A stretch of DNA of 64,000 nucleotides, filler included, from Sphacelaria rigidula (lineage: Eukaryota), in NCBI GenBank assembly GCA_964200075.2. It is 4 parts of 4 records of this genome, joined end to end, with 100 filler letters (N's around TTAATTAATTAA, not from the genome) between each part and the next. Parts side by side here need not be neighbours in the genome. Positions count along the whole stretch, not along the records: positions 32,069 to 47,993 come from CAXNAA020001548.1; positions 48,094 to 64,000 come from CAXNAA020001552.1; 2 more parts are not named here. One strand, given 5' to 3'. The position numbers were made by a program, and so were the translations under genes. Positions 36,728 through 48,713 of this stretch are shown piece after piece; position 1 is the first letter of the stretch, and the number at the start of each line of letters is the position of its first letter. Below the pieces are notes generated by a model that worked only from the letters and a program-made list of their open reading frames with translations, had not been told where the DNA came from and made no database searches.

Positions 36728-37192
36728 CGCAAATCACTCCGCACGAGGACTGATTCACCACCTGGCGCCATCAAAGCCACATCGTACCTGTAGCAATCTC
36801 CTCGTTTTTCGTCACAACCATAGTTCAATCTCTCAGACCCGCGGTCCAAAAGCAGAGAGCCTAGCGCAACCGTATCGCCACGAAACGACGAAACTATAAA
36901 CTTCAGAGGGAAAAAACGAACCGGAAATCAATGATCTGGTGATAAGGTCACTGAAAAAGTAGGGAAACTGACGGAATCCTCGTGGAATCCCATGTCCTGT
37001 GTCGACGTGAAACGGATTATGACCAAACTTTGCTACGTAAACCTCAACAAGTAGCACATCGTGGTCCTTCAGCCCAATTGCATACACCAACCCCGCCGTT
37101 GCTGTTCCAGTAAGCCTGCAGGCGTGTTAAGACAGTACAGGCAGACAGGGATTGAAAATCTGCAGGAGAAGAAAAAATTGCGCCCGAATAGC
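36728..37192. promoter_or_regulatory. Probable bidirectional promoter between ATP23 and purD
   Basis: 465 bp separate the two divergent inferred start codons. Confidence 0.5.
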
Positions 37193-40100
37193 ATGAAGGC
37201 CATATTCGCAGGGAAAGCCCATCCAGGTGCTGTGGGCGCAGCACGACGCCTGCTTGCGAGCGGACTCGCTGTGGTGACCGTCAACTCGCCTGCGACGCAT
37301 CATGCCCTCCAGGAAGCTGGGGTCGCGCACCAGGATGTGAGCCTAGTGTATTTACTGTTTGCATGGGTAATGTATGGCGAAAGCGATGATCCTGCACAGT
37401 ACAGCGCAGTACAGTCTATCAATGGATTGGGATCAGTGGTGGTACTGTGGCTCTTGCGTTTTGTACCGGTGGAAGAAAACTGCGCATGTTTGAAATTGAA
37501 CTTTGAAATTTTTGCAATTGCGGGTGCATGTGTCGGATTGTTGTTGGCGCGCTGCAAGGCGCCCCATGCTAGGGGGGTATTTGATGCATTAGTCAAATGG
37601 CAAAATGGAGGGTAGGGTGTCTAAAGTCATCACCTTAGTACTTCATCACTTTGTTGGGTTTCTTGCGACATCTATGAAGGCAGAGAGATGTCCCAGCGCA
37701 CGACATTTTTTGCCATACTGGGAGAAAGTCAATTCCCGGCTGCCAGGGCACCCTGATCATACGTGGTACCTACACCTGTACGGGTACGAGGTTTTCTGGA
37801 TAGGCTGTACCCATTCACCTATTTCAGTAGCGCTGATGAAGGGAAACTAATGGCAAGGATCGAAGCAGCAATCAAGCCGTGTCTTGGTTCGTACTCAATA
37901 TTCTAGGCGCCGCCTTGGTGAACACATCAAGCTGGGTATCGCGGAGGAACATTAATCACGACCCTGCCGTGGATTGTTTACGCAGTACTTATACAGCATA
38001 AGCCGCAATCCGTTGGCTGCGCACTTCGCCACGGAACAGTAGTTTCGATGACAATTCCGTGGATGATGAGGGGACACACCTTTTTGAGGCACGCAAGCGT
38101 GGCACATTCGAGGACACGTGAAAATGTGGAAATCTCCAGGACCTAAGCGGAGGAACCGTGGAACAATGAGCCGTACAATTGAACTAGTGATTGAGATCGT
38201 AACCCAAATCTTGATTTATCTACCCTGATACATCCGGGATATGTCACGTCGACAGCACCTAAAATTGGGCTTACTCACCACAAATAGCGGTATCTCAAAT
38301 TAAACAATTTTCACGCGAAGCGCGATTATGGCCGAGCGTTTAATAGCGGGCACTACTATTAGCCGGTCGCCCCGGTGGCTCAGTCGGTAACCTCGAAACC
38401 CCCTGAGGGTTGGGTCGTGGATTCAAATCTCGGAGTGATATGGGATTTTTTCTCACACAATGCCCAACAGTCGTGGAGAGCGACCATGTCGTGGGTACAC
38501 AAAAGTCGAGTTGATGGTCGACAAGGGGAAGGAAGTACTGAACCCCTCTCGCGATAAAAAATAAAGGCAAACACCGCAGAAGGAAGATGGAGAACTAAAA
38601 CAAATAACAATGAAGAACCTCCTGTGTTGGCCTTCTTCCTGTGTGACCCCGGGTGGTGCGCCCACATGGACCGAAAGCTGTAGACCGGCGCCGAGAATAG
38701 AAGGGGCGGCAACACACATACACACTACGCCCATACATGAGGGTAGACTTTTGTAGTGAAATGTGAAATTCAACCAGAGGCCCTTCCGTAAGGAATTGTA
38801 GTACGTAAGGAATTGGCGGAATCTAGCGCCAATGAAATGCGGCCGTTGTGGTGAATTACGTAATGAAAAAAGCTTGTGATTGGCTCGTAGACTTGAGTCA
38901 CACCTGCAGTGAAGTACTTACTACAGTACATGGTCACGCCGGGACGGATAGAGCAGCAGTAGAGAGATGAAGTAGAAAGCAGACATGCAGACAGCGAGTG
39001 GTACATTGCCGCTGCGGGGGTCATTGCGATGCTTTGTATCGGCATATCCCCATCTTGGTATGGCCGGTGTCAGCAGCACCGGCCGTCATGCTACCGGATC
39101 CAATCAGTACCCTGGCGGTGCAGTATATTCGCACTGTGCGGCGGGTTACTCCTTTCATCGGAGCACGGGGTTTGTTTGACCCAGCCGGTCGAGCGGGGTG
39201 TACCGACGCTGGTGGTGTGTCTTTACCCAGCCATGTTTGGTATCCCGCAAATGATGAGTGTGAGCAACGCCGTCTTCGTTTTACGGAAAACGAAAAAGTG
39301 AACAACACCGCAAAAATTTCGACAGTCAGAGTGTAAACAGCACTGCGTCCCGTCTGACACCATTCTACAGCAACGAACTCACACAGCAGCTCAGGCAATC
39401 CCGATCAAACCGTCTTCGCAAGATCTAAACACACCACAGAAGAGTGGTAGCTGCAGCACATGAGAGGACGTGAGTGGCTCCAGTACAATGGAACAGGACA
39501 TGTTCTATGCTCTAGTTCTTCGCCTGATTTTCATGGGTCCTCAGTTTTTGCCCGGTGCCCATTTTGAACGCTCGGCCATAATCGCGCTTCGCGCAAATAA
39601 TTTAATGCACTACAAATGCATCCCATGTATGAGTCCTGTGCCTAAAATCGGCACCCGGCAAAAATTGGGAGCCCGTTCAAAATGAGGGGAAGAACTGAAG
39701 CATGGGACATGTCCTGCTTCACTGTACTCCAGCACAAACACACTCATGCCCTCTCATGTGCTGTAGCTGTCACTGCGCTGTGGTGTCTTTCGGACCCTTA
39801 CGAAGACGGTTTGGACTCCGCTGGGACTGCCTGAGTTGCTTCATTGCCGTTGTGTTCGTCTCAATGGAAGATAATAATGTTAATCGTCAGGTAGTGCTGT
39901 CTACACACTGTTGTTGGAAACTTCATGGTGTGTTGGCTGTTTCGTCTTCCGTCAAACGAACAAGACGCTTCCCACACCCATCACCTCTATGTTGTACTTG
40001 TCGCTGTGCTGTTGTGCATTTGAATGCTCTGATTTGATTGATTGATTGTCGCACTTTAACCGACCCCTTAATGGTCCAGCCGTGGTCGCATGATGGACGC

Positions 40101-43100
40101 ACCCAAGAGGCGCAAAACGGAAACACTCGCTGAAGAAAAGAAGGAACATAATAACGTCAAACGAAACGACATAGTAAACTACTTTATAACAATAAAAATA
40201 ATGAAGTCAACAAGAGCAAAGCAAAGAAAGAAATGACTGACCTAAAACAAGAAAGAAGGAAGATAAGAGGAAAGAAAAGAGCAAAAAAAGATGGGAAAAA
40301 ATAATTTAGAGAGGAAAAAACCCAAGGGATTCAGGGCAGCAGAGTAGATACAGACACACCAGTGGGATTCAGGGCCACTCAGTACATGATCAACAACCGA
40401 TATGAGCAGACAGGGTTGCTCTACGACACGAAAACGGTGTGATACGCGCTGGAGGGTGCCTGAACACTTGTTTTGCTGCCGTGTTCCGGTCTGTACACAA
40501 TTGGGGTGGGACCAAAGTGCTTTCTATACAAAGTTGAGCCATGACTGTGCAGCTGTTCCTTGTGCCTTCTTTGGTACTTCCGTCGTAGTGGGGTGCTGTG
40601 ATCAGGGCAGACACGGAAGGCGGGAGCGTGCAGGTTGCGACAAACAAACTGAGCCAGCACGGAGCTGCTGTATCCTCAACGATTGATCGTCGCAGCTGTC
40701 TGTCTCGCAGCGGCGCAACTTGTGAGCCAATCAAAGCCACTTTGCAACTCATATGCATCTCAAAGCTCTCATGTAATCAGTGTAAGGCCCCCTCATTTTC
40801 GTGCTTTGAAACGCTCTGAGGGCCTGTCTCAGCACTTTTCTTTTCAATCGAAAAAATGAGGCGGTGGAATCGATCTGAGCGAATATTTCTCGTTTTAATG
40901 CGGTTGGGTTCAGATGGATTTTCAAGCTTTCGATAAAAAAAAAAACAGTGAAATTCGTGAAACGGTACATGGTCACTCGTGTACAGTAGTACAGGCAGTC
41001 TGTACTGTTTGCATTGCTTGCAAGTAAGGTGTCTTGAGTGCGTGTGTGCGCGTGTCGTGCAGGAGGATAAAAGGGAGAAGCGGACAACGTGCAGTGCAGA
41101 CAGCCCAGGACTATCAGTTCTCTCTGCTTACAGTATGACGTGAAAAGAACTTGAGCAACGTGCAGCTTTGTACTGCCTGCATTGTCCATGAGCGTGCACG
41201 CAACTCGGTTGCCCACCGTTCAACGTAGTTCCGTCCCTGATGCCTACCATGAGAGAAGATGCGCAAGTTTTCGCCAAGAAAAAATAAACAAAGCACACCC
41301 AACTACTGTAGTGTATCGATCCCTGTGCTCAACTCGTTCTCTATGCTGCAGGGTTGCGGTGGTAGCCAAGAAGGAGTTGGATGGAGTTTGCATGGTCCTG
41401 TGTACAGGTGTTATTTGGCGTGGTGGTCTGTAAGATAGGAGTCAAGTGCCGCTTCGTCCCTTTCGACCGCATGTTTTCAATCGAAAAGGATTGTTTTTAC
41501 CTCGTTGCATTCTTCTCCGCGCGCCGCTACTTATAATTTTGAGTTGAAGCCTTCAAGGAACATAAATGCGGTGGACCTATCAGATCGGCCAAAACAAATT
41601 CGACCGCTCTTTTTCGATCGAAAAAAAAGTGCAAAGACTCGCCCTGATGGACCCAAAAAGGTTGCAACTCATATTTATTGTCCCCATCTGTGAGAGGTAT
41701 GCCTAAAATTGCGCGATATCTAGATATCATACAATATGTTGTATCCTTCGATACGATCGATCGATTGATTCATTGTATGGTTGTCACATTTTAATTAATC
41801 TCCCAGGTAGTCATGATCCAGTCGTAGCCAGTATCCACATGATAGGCGTACCCGAAACAAGGAAAAAAGTGAACACTAATTGAAGAAAAAGGAGAAAAAG
41901 CAGAGAAGGTAGAGATCGACCAACACGAGGAAAACAAGAATGAAGACATAATATATATATGTAGAGAGAGAGAGAGAGAGAGAGGGACGGAGAGAAATGA
42001 CCGGCCTCTGCCACATGGTTCCGGTGGAAAAGGTAGTCTTGCGCATAAACCATACCCATACCCAGCCGTGGAAAAACCAAAGACCGTGAGAAAATATTGC
42101 AACTCATCTACTACGACCTCACTATTTGGGTGTGAAACCTCCCATCCATGGACTCTACGGAAGCATGGCACCAAACTGCTCCGGCATACACCGGCAGGGA
42201 AGAACATACCCATGGAGAGAAATATGGGGAATTAAAGAGGGGAGAAGGGGACAACAGAAGTGGTGAAGCCCAAAGGATTCGGGGCAGCACAGTAGATACA
42301 GACACACACGAGGGAGCACCGCAAAACCACCGACCAAGGACGCAATCAACAACCGATAGGGGCAGACGGGATTCCGATTGGCGGCTCTTGACGCAGCAGC
42401 CTCTCGTTTGTGACGGCGGTCCGATTCTGGTTTGTCTTCGCGTCGCCACGTGTCCTCGAACGATTCGGCTCCTTTTTCGACTTCAACGTGCCATTGACCC
42501 AAGTTCTTCGCCACAGTGACCAAATCGTGTGCATCATTAACTTCCACACCGTAGACCGTATATCGCGGTATACGCACGATATATCGCGCGGTATGCAAGA
42601 TGCAATAGGTGCAGCTTCATGTGTGAAAACCAGGTTGATCCTAGGTTCAAGACGTCTCGGCGAAGCTTAGAGGCGAATGACCCGATGTCGTGTGACATCA
42701 CGCGATATGATACATCAGATATCGTATCCATGTCGCGTTTTTTTTACAATATCGGACATCGTATCCCACTGATTTTTTTCTCGATGCCCATCACAAAAAT
42801 TTTACCCGTTCGAACCTTCCCCCTTCACCCCCGGGTCAGACGCTTCGTCATATACAGATACCCACCATTGAGGAGCAAAGAACGCATCTGCGGTACAACC
42901 ACACGACATGTGCGTATACAGCAGGCAACCGGCTATGATCGGGTCAGTTGTGCACATTACAAAAGTAGCACACCCGGGGTAAAAGTATCCAACCATCTAT
43001 GTGCAGTGATCAATTGTAGCAATGACTCCAGCCTTGTACAAACGTCCATTTGCTTTGTTTTCGGTTCCTTCGTGCAGTACATCTTGACACTCACCATAGT

Positions 43101-46100
43101 CACGTCATGTACCATGGCATCCGGAGTCGCAAAACCCCTGTTATACTGTACTGTACTGTACTGTACTGTACTACACTGTACTACACTATACCGTGTTGTA
43201 CAAGGCACGATGCATGACAATGATGGCTGTATGATGAAGAGCTCCGTCCTCCAAACTTGCGACGCGCACGAATCATGCTCTTTGTGATGCACGCTGCATG
43301 CAGCCTCTGGTCACATGTAAATAAAATGGACTGTGTTATGTCCTCTACACGCGTAGACACATGTGCAGTAAGTAGCCGTAACTGGTTTGACTCCACTGCT
43401 GTATGTAGCCGTTGATGAGAGGAGAGCATCTGCATTGACGGCAGCATCATACTGTACCACACCGACTACACTGAAGTACGTATGGATCCTGTGCAGTGCA
43501 CCACCCAACTATGCCTGACGTACGCTAAATACTGCCTCGGAAGGTACCGTTGGTGCAGAAGCGCTAGCTGAACGCAAACCAACTGTGGTTCATGAAAATG
43601 ATATACACAGTGTAAAGAAGTGCTTTGGCTTCAAAAATATGTCACATGGTGACAGGGGTTTCTCGTGCGCTGAAATCTAGTGGTATACATCCGCACAAAC
43701 CCTCCGGTGTCTATACAGACAGGTGTGTTTCTGTCGGATCAATTTCGACAAAAAAAAAACACTCGCTGTCCACACGTGTTCATTCAAACCTTCTCGCGGC
43801 GAATACGTTTCATCCCTCTCGGCGCCCGTGCTTGTTGTTCCAAGCATTTGTCCTCTGACAGTCTCGAGAGCTCTTGGAGAAAAATGATCTGTTTGCAAGC
43901 GCAGATGAACGCCAGCTAGACATGGGCGTGCTCAACGGAAATGTATCAGGTCTTTAGCGTGTGCTCACAGGATGGAGTTCGTCGCAACCGTCAAGTGGCC
44001 GATGTCATGCCGCTAAACAAGGAAAAATACTGACCAACCTGAGCGGGAGCAAAAAACTCAGCTCAATCTCTCTCAGACACGCAGGACATGAGATGATTGA
44101 ATGCAATTTGTTATCGTCGCCCGTCCTTGTCCAATGCCCGCATCTCTTATCCCTGGGGATCCTTGGTACGCGGTATCGTTTTCGTCCTCTTTTCGTTTGC
44201 GGGCAACACTTGAGCATGGTTTCTTCAGGGGGAACTTGTAAAAGTTACGAGCAAAATAAGCTCATATTTCTCGTCACTTGATCTCTTACGAGCGGGCCCG
44301 TGCTGTATTTCGAAGAGGCGGGGGAAAGAGGGGGAAATAGTGTGCAATATTTCCCTCAATTTGTGTGGTATTGCACGCCTACCTTGGGTAGTCGTTGCTG
44401 GGTGCGACCATTCAAATTTTTGAGATTTCGCGCCCTTGTTGTCATGTCCGAGGCCAGGATGTGAAAGCTTGTGTAGTGTCTTATAATGCAAGATTATGGG
44501 TGAAGTTGGCAGTGCGCGCGCGAGTTGTCCTTATGTTGTGGTCTATCAAGTACACCAGTTAAGTGCGTTGTAAATACAACCTCATCAGACTGTGCGATCA
44601 TACTAAACGAACACGAATACACGCATATACATGAGGCTACACATGAACAAGGTATCTCGTAAGCACATTAGTATACGGTCACACAGTTCAGCAAACCTAT
44701 CGATCATATGGTAACAGTGCGCTAGCTCGCCAGAACAGCGGAGAAGCACGATAGCTATACTGTACAGTACAGCATCGTTCGCAAATCATGGATAAGATTT
44801 TTTGTCCTCAAACCCAACCTTTGTACACCAGCGACACTTCCATGTTGCACACGTGAAAGCATCCATGGAGTCAAGATGTTACACGTTCAGAACCAAACCT
44901 GAACCGCGCGGCGGATGATCTGGGTGTTTACAGACAATGCTTGTACCGACTTGTGTGCTCTGTGGTATATGTCGTACTGCTAAGCAGAGGATGCCGTCTT
45001 ACCTCTGTACCACTGATGATGATTCATGTAACAGACGGGGTCGTGCGATTCGCGAGAGGTCGGAAGTGGGTAGGCAATTGTGGAGACCAGCCATGAAAAT
45101 TACTTTTTCTTCGTTGGAGTGAAAGTGTTTCTCGTGGGTGTGAAGATGTCCGCCTTGGTGAACGGTGCGAACTTCACGTCACCCATATCCCTTTCGTAGA
45201 CTGCATCATCCCTTCGCCAACCGTCTACGAATTCGTGTTTGCGGGCGATTGACCCGTGCACTCGCATTTGTGCCCCTGGGCGGACACGGTGAGGTAGTCG
45301 CCGTGGTACCGCACCGTCGATGCTTCCGTGCATGGGCTATGACAAGTGCCTACACACTTCTCGTTCCTTATCGCCATCATCCACACCATTGGCAAAAAAG
45401 TGTCGTGAGAAAAAAAAAAGCGAAAAAAGGAAAGGAGCGACCTTGCCCATTCAGGTAGGTTCGTAAGCTTTTGCTGGGTCTTTTTTGCTACTCGTTATTG
45501 ATCAGTCTCATCGGCATGCCGGGATGTGAAATGCCCCTTGCGTGTTTACCTCGTCCTCTCACTCGTTTCGAACTTCTTTGTTCCCTCATGTCTACGTAGG
45601 ACTCCGGGCGTCCCAGCGTCATGGGGCTCCTGGCGGGCGCGGAAGATGCCGGTGTTTCGGTCGTTGTTGGGGGCCTCGGGGACGTAGAGGGGAGCATCGG
45701 CGCGGAAACCAGCACGCATGCCCTCATCAGGTATGTCGAGTTCGACCCCTTCACGTTGGGTGTTATTTAGCTGCCTGTTTTGCTGCTTGAGAGTGGAAGG
45801 AGGAGGAAGCAAAGATATGGAACATCGCACTTCACCATGAACAGTGACACACGATGACCTCGGTCGCCTATACGCTTCGCGCAAGAGTACCAACCACCGA
45901 AGGCGGGTGCCAATGACGTCCTCTTTGGGTCTTTCGCGCACATTTGGCGCACTCACTGCAGAACACACGAAGATTAGCAAAAAAAAAGAAGCGATGTACC
46001 AAAAAGACATGCTGTGTTCGTCGTGATCAAAGTTGAATGGATTGTTTCCAACCCTACACCATGAAATGAAAAACGAAATCTGTGCAGGGCGGCAGCCGTT

Positions 46101-47578
46101 CAGCACAACCGAATAGCCGTCGTTGTGGATCCGGAAGACCTATCCATGCTCGCCTCGGGGTCTCCGGCAGGCGGCGGCGTCATGCTCTCCTCCCTCGGCC
46201 GCCGATCGCTTGCGGTGAAGGCCCTGCGTGCCACCTCGGAAGCCGACAGCCGCATCGCAGCCGCACTGGCCCAAGAAGCAGCAGAAGACCCTGCTGTAGC
46301 GAGTGCCGCAACGACGGGCGCCGTGAAGGTCCTGGTAATCGGATCGGGCGGGCGCGAGCACGCTATCGCAACGAAGCTCGCCTCTTCTCCTCGCGTGACT
46401 CACGTCTACGCCGCCCCCGGGAATGGCGGAACGGGTGCGGCGTCCGGCGAAAAAGATGGTGCTTCCAAGATTTCCAATGTTGATGGCGGCGTGTTGTCGG
46501 TGTCGGATCACGCGTCGATCGTGGAGTTCGTTAAGGAAAACGGCGTTTCACTCGTGGCAGTCGGGCCGGAGGTGCCCCTGGTGGAGGGCGTCGCGGACGC
46601 ACTAACCGCGGCGGGTATCGCATGCTTCGGCCCCTCGAAAGCGGCCGCACGCCTGGAAGCTTCGAAGGCGTGGTCGAAAGATTTCATGGCGCGCAACGGC
46701 ATCCGAACCGCCCAGTTCGCGACGTTTTCGGACTTCGACGAGGCGTGCGCTCACGTCAAGGCGGTGGAGTATCCGGTCGTCGTCAAGGCTTCCGGGCTCG
46801 CGGCCGGGAAGGGAGTCTTGATGCCCACCTCAAAGGAGGAGGCGTTGGCCTGTTTGGAGACGGCCATGGTGAAGAAGGAGTTCGGCGATGCGGGAGCGGA
46901 AGTCGTCGTCGAGGAGTTCTTGGAAGGCGAAGAGGTGCGAGGCGAGAACATCAGAAAGCCAAGTCTTCTCGCAGTGATTCTTGTTTCGGTTCAAGTGTGT
47001 GGTGTCGTAGCCGAGGTGTACTTTCTCGAGGGCAGGCAACGCCTCTGTTGTGCTCATCTTTACCACAAAACCTGGCCAGATCCTCTCCTCGTGTCGGCTA
47101 GATTATTTATCCCTGCGCCCCCGCGCATCCACGCCCGTTTATCCCTTACACCTGAGACACTGCGCACAAATAATGATCATTTACCAGTTTGGGTCTCAGC
47201 AACCGTTTTGATCTCTCGTCGTTCCGTTCGAAATTTGTGCGCACACATGGACACACACGCACATGCACGCAAAAGGTTTCTATCCTGGCAATCTGCGACG
47301 GCAAGACGGCTGTGTGCATGCCCGGAGCGCAGGACCACAAGCGGGCACTCGACGGTGATCATGGCCTCAACACCGGGGGTATGGGCGCCTACGCGCCAGC
47401 CCCGTGCCTCACCCCGCGCCTCGCCCGCGAGTGCGCCGAGATATGCCAAGCTACCGTGACGGCTATGGGCAAAGAGGGATCTCCCTTTGTAGGAGTCTTG
47501 TTCGCTGGTTTCATGCTGACCAAAGACGGGCCGGTCACTCTGGAGTTCAATGTTCGAATGGGGGACCCTGAGACTCAG
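37193..47578 (+). CDS. purD: Phosphoribosylamine-glycine ligase (GARS) with N-terminal MGS-like domain, 3'-partial; exons 37193-37336, 45600-45730, 46088-46934, 47276-47578
   Basis: KVLVIGSGGREHA, APGNGG, VGPEVPL, LEASKAWSKDFM, VVKASGLAAGKGV, QDHKR..DGDHGLNTGGMGAY, EFNVRMGDPETQ. GT-AG phases are compatible. Exons 1-2 are less certain than 3-4. The C-terminal domain is lost at the gap. Confidence 0.9.
38361..38724 (+). mobile_element. tRNA-derived SINE in purD intron 1
   Basis: A-box TGGCTCAGTCGG (~38376), B-box-like GGATTCAAATC (~38419), ~290-nt body and (CA)-rich tail. Confidence 0.75.
39514..39696. mobile_element. MITE-like element, 183 bp
   Basis: Imperfect TIRs AGTTCTTCGCCTGATTTT / AAAATGAGGGGAAGAACT. 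Inner inverted pair TTTTTGCCCGGTGCCCATTTT / AAAATCGGCACCCGGCAAAAA. Partial copies at 1153, 15615 and 38298. Confidence 0.7.
40033..40415 (-). mobile_element. Retroposon (LINE/SINE) 3' fragment with (CAAT)n tail
   Basis: Tail shared with 35214-35345. Inner part 40320-40412 shared with 42268-42370. Confidence 0.65.
41790..42500 (-). mobile_element. Probable non-LTR retroposon 3' fragment
   Basis: Shares CCCAA.GGATTC.GGGCAGCA.AGTAGATACAGACACAC and CAACAACCGATA with 40320-40412. Internal (TA)n(GA)n. Boundaries approximate. Confidence 0.5.
43144..43190. repeat. (TACTG)n microsatellite
   Basis: Tandem TACTG units decaying to TACAC. Confidence 0.85.
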
Positions 47579-47993
47579 GTAGTCTACGTACGGGTACACA
47601 ACAAAGTTCAATGAGAAGTGTGGGTAATGTTTCCGTTGACCGTGAGGGGGTAGACGGAGAGGTAAGGAAGGACAGTATATCTTGGCACCATAAAAGGCGG
47701 TGCGAATCCAACCTCATGGTTGTCGAAATTTCATACCTTGGGCAATAGATTACGTTGTCATTAAATGTAGTGCGTACAGCATCGACTACTGCGTCTATTG
47801 TAGACGAAAGATTCCATACTGTACGCAGTATAATTTCCGGCAATGTAGTCGTTGTCCGAGGTGTGAAAAAAAAATCTGACATTTTCTGTCTGCACGTGAG
47901 CTGTAGGTATTCTCCCCCCCCCCCCTCCTTGGCCCGTCCCGTCTGGAATGGGATGAGTTGTAACTGGTCAAATAACTAAGGCAAGGAAGAAAT

Positions 47994-48093
47994 NNNNNNN
48001 NNNNNNNNNNNNNNNNNNNNNNNNNNNNNNNNNNNNNTTAATTAATTAANNNNNNNNNNNNNNNNNNNNNNNNNNNNNNNNNNNNNNNNNNNN
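47994..48093. other. Artificial contig spacer
   Basis: N44-TTAATTAATTAA-N44. Confidence 0.98.
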
Positions 48094-48104
48094 AGTACGA
48101 TCAT

Positions 48105-48312
48105 CCCCATTGTGCGGAGTTGAGGTTCTCTCACGCCGCGCAACATGATCTAGCTCGACTACCATCATGGTTACCGGAAAAAAAAACGCAAGCGCGCCCA
48201 AAAAACGGGAACCAGGGGGCCGGGGGTACGCAGTGAGTGGCGTGTTTTACAGCGCCATCCCAAACTGACGCCAACCCCAGCGGGGGTCCGCCAAGGGAAG
48301 GGGGGAGGGGGG
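48105..48312. repeat. Dispersed repeat, second copy at 32270-32470
   Basis: Near-identical ~30-nt blocks shared with 32270-32470. Confidence 0.85.
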
Positions 48313-48713
48313 GTACTCATTTGTTGCTTGCTTTAGTCGCTGGGCCATTGACCACGCATCCCTTTCGAAACGGAGCACCGTACGGGAGATATATATATAT
48401 ATATATATGTGTGTGTACACGTGTTTTTTCATCTATGTCTGTTTGGTATGGTGTGGTACGGTATTGGAAAGTGCCATGTCATGGTCTTGCAGGTGACGAA
48501 TCGTGCAGCGTACACAGGTGCCACCAAGAGTATAATAGCCGTATACACACACCAGCAACCGCCGAGGGATGGGGCATTGAAGAGCTGGGGCTGCTCCGAT
48601 GTTGAGTGAACGCGATGTCAAGGATACCAGAGTGACTACTAGCCTCCTCGTACCCCCCTGCCGCCTCCGCCCTCCCCGCTTCTCCACCCCGGCACCCACA
48701 TAATTCGCAGGGA

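Noticed and set aside
38361-38440. tRNA gene
   Set aside because: A and B boxes are present, but there is no acceptor stem or anticodon arm, and it continues into a SINE body.
46935-47275. C-terminal extension of the 444-aa GARS ORF
   Set aside because: Intron read-through. GARS homology resumes at 47276 in another frame after an AG.
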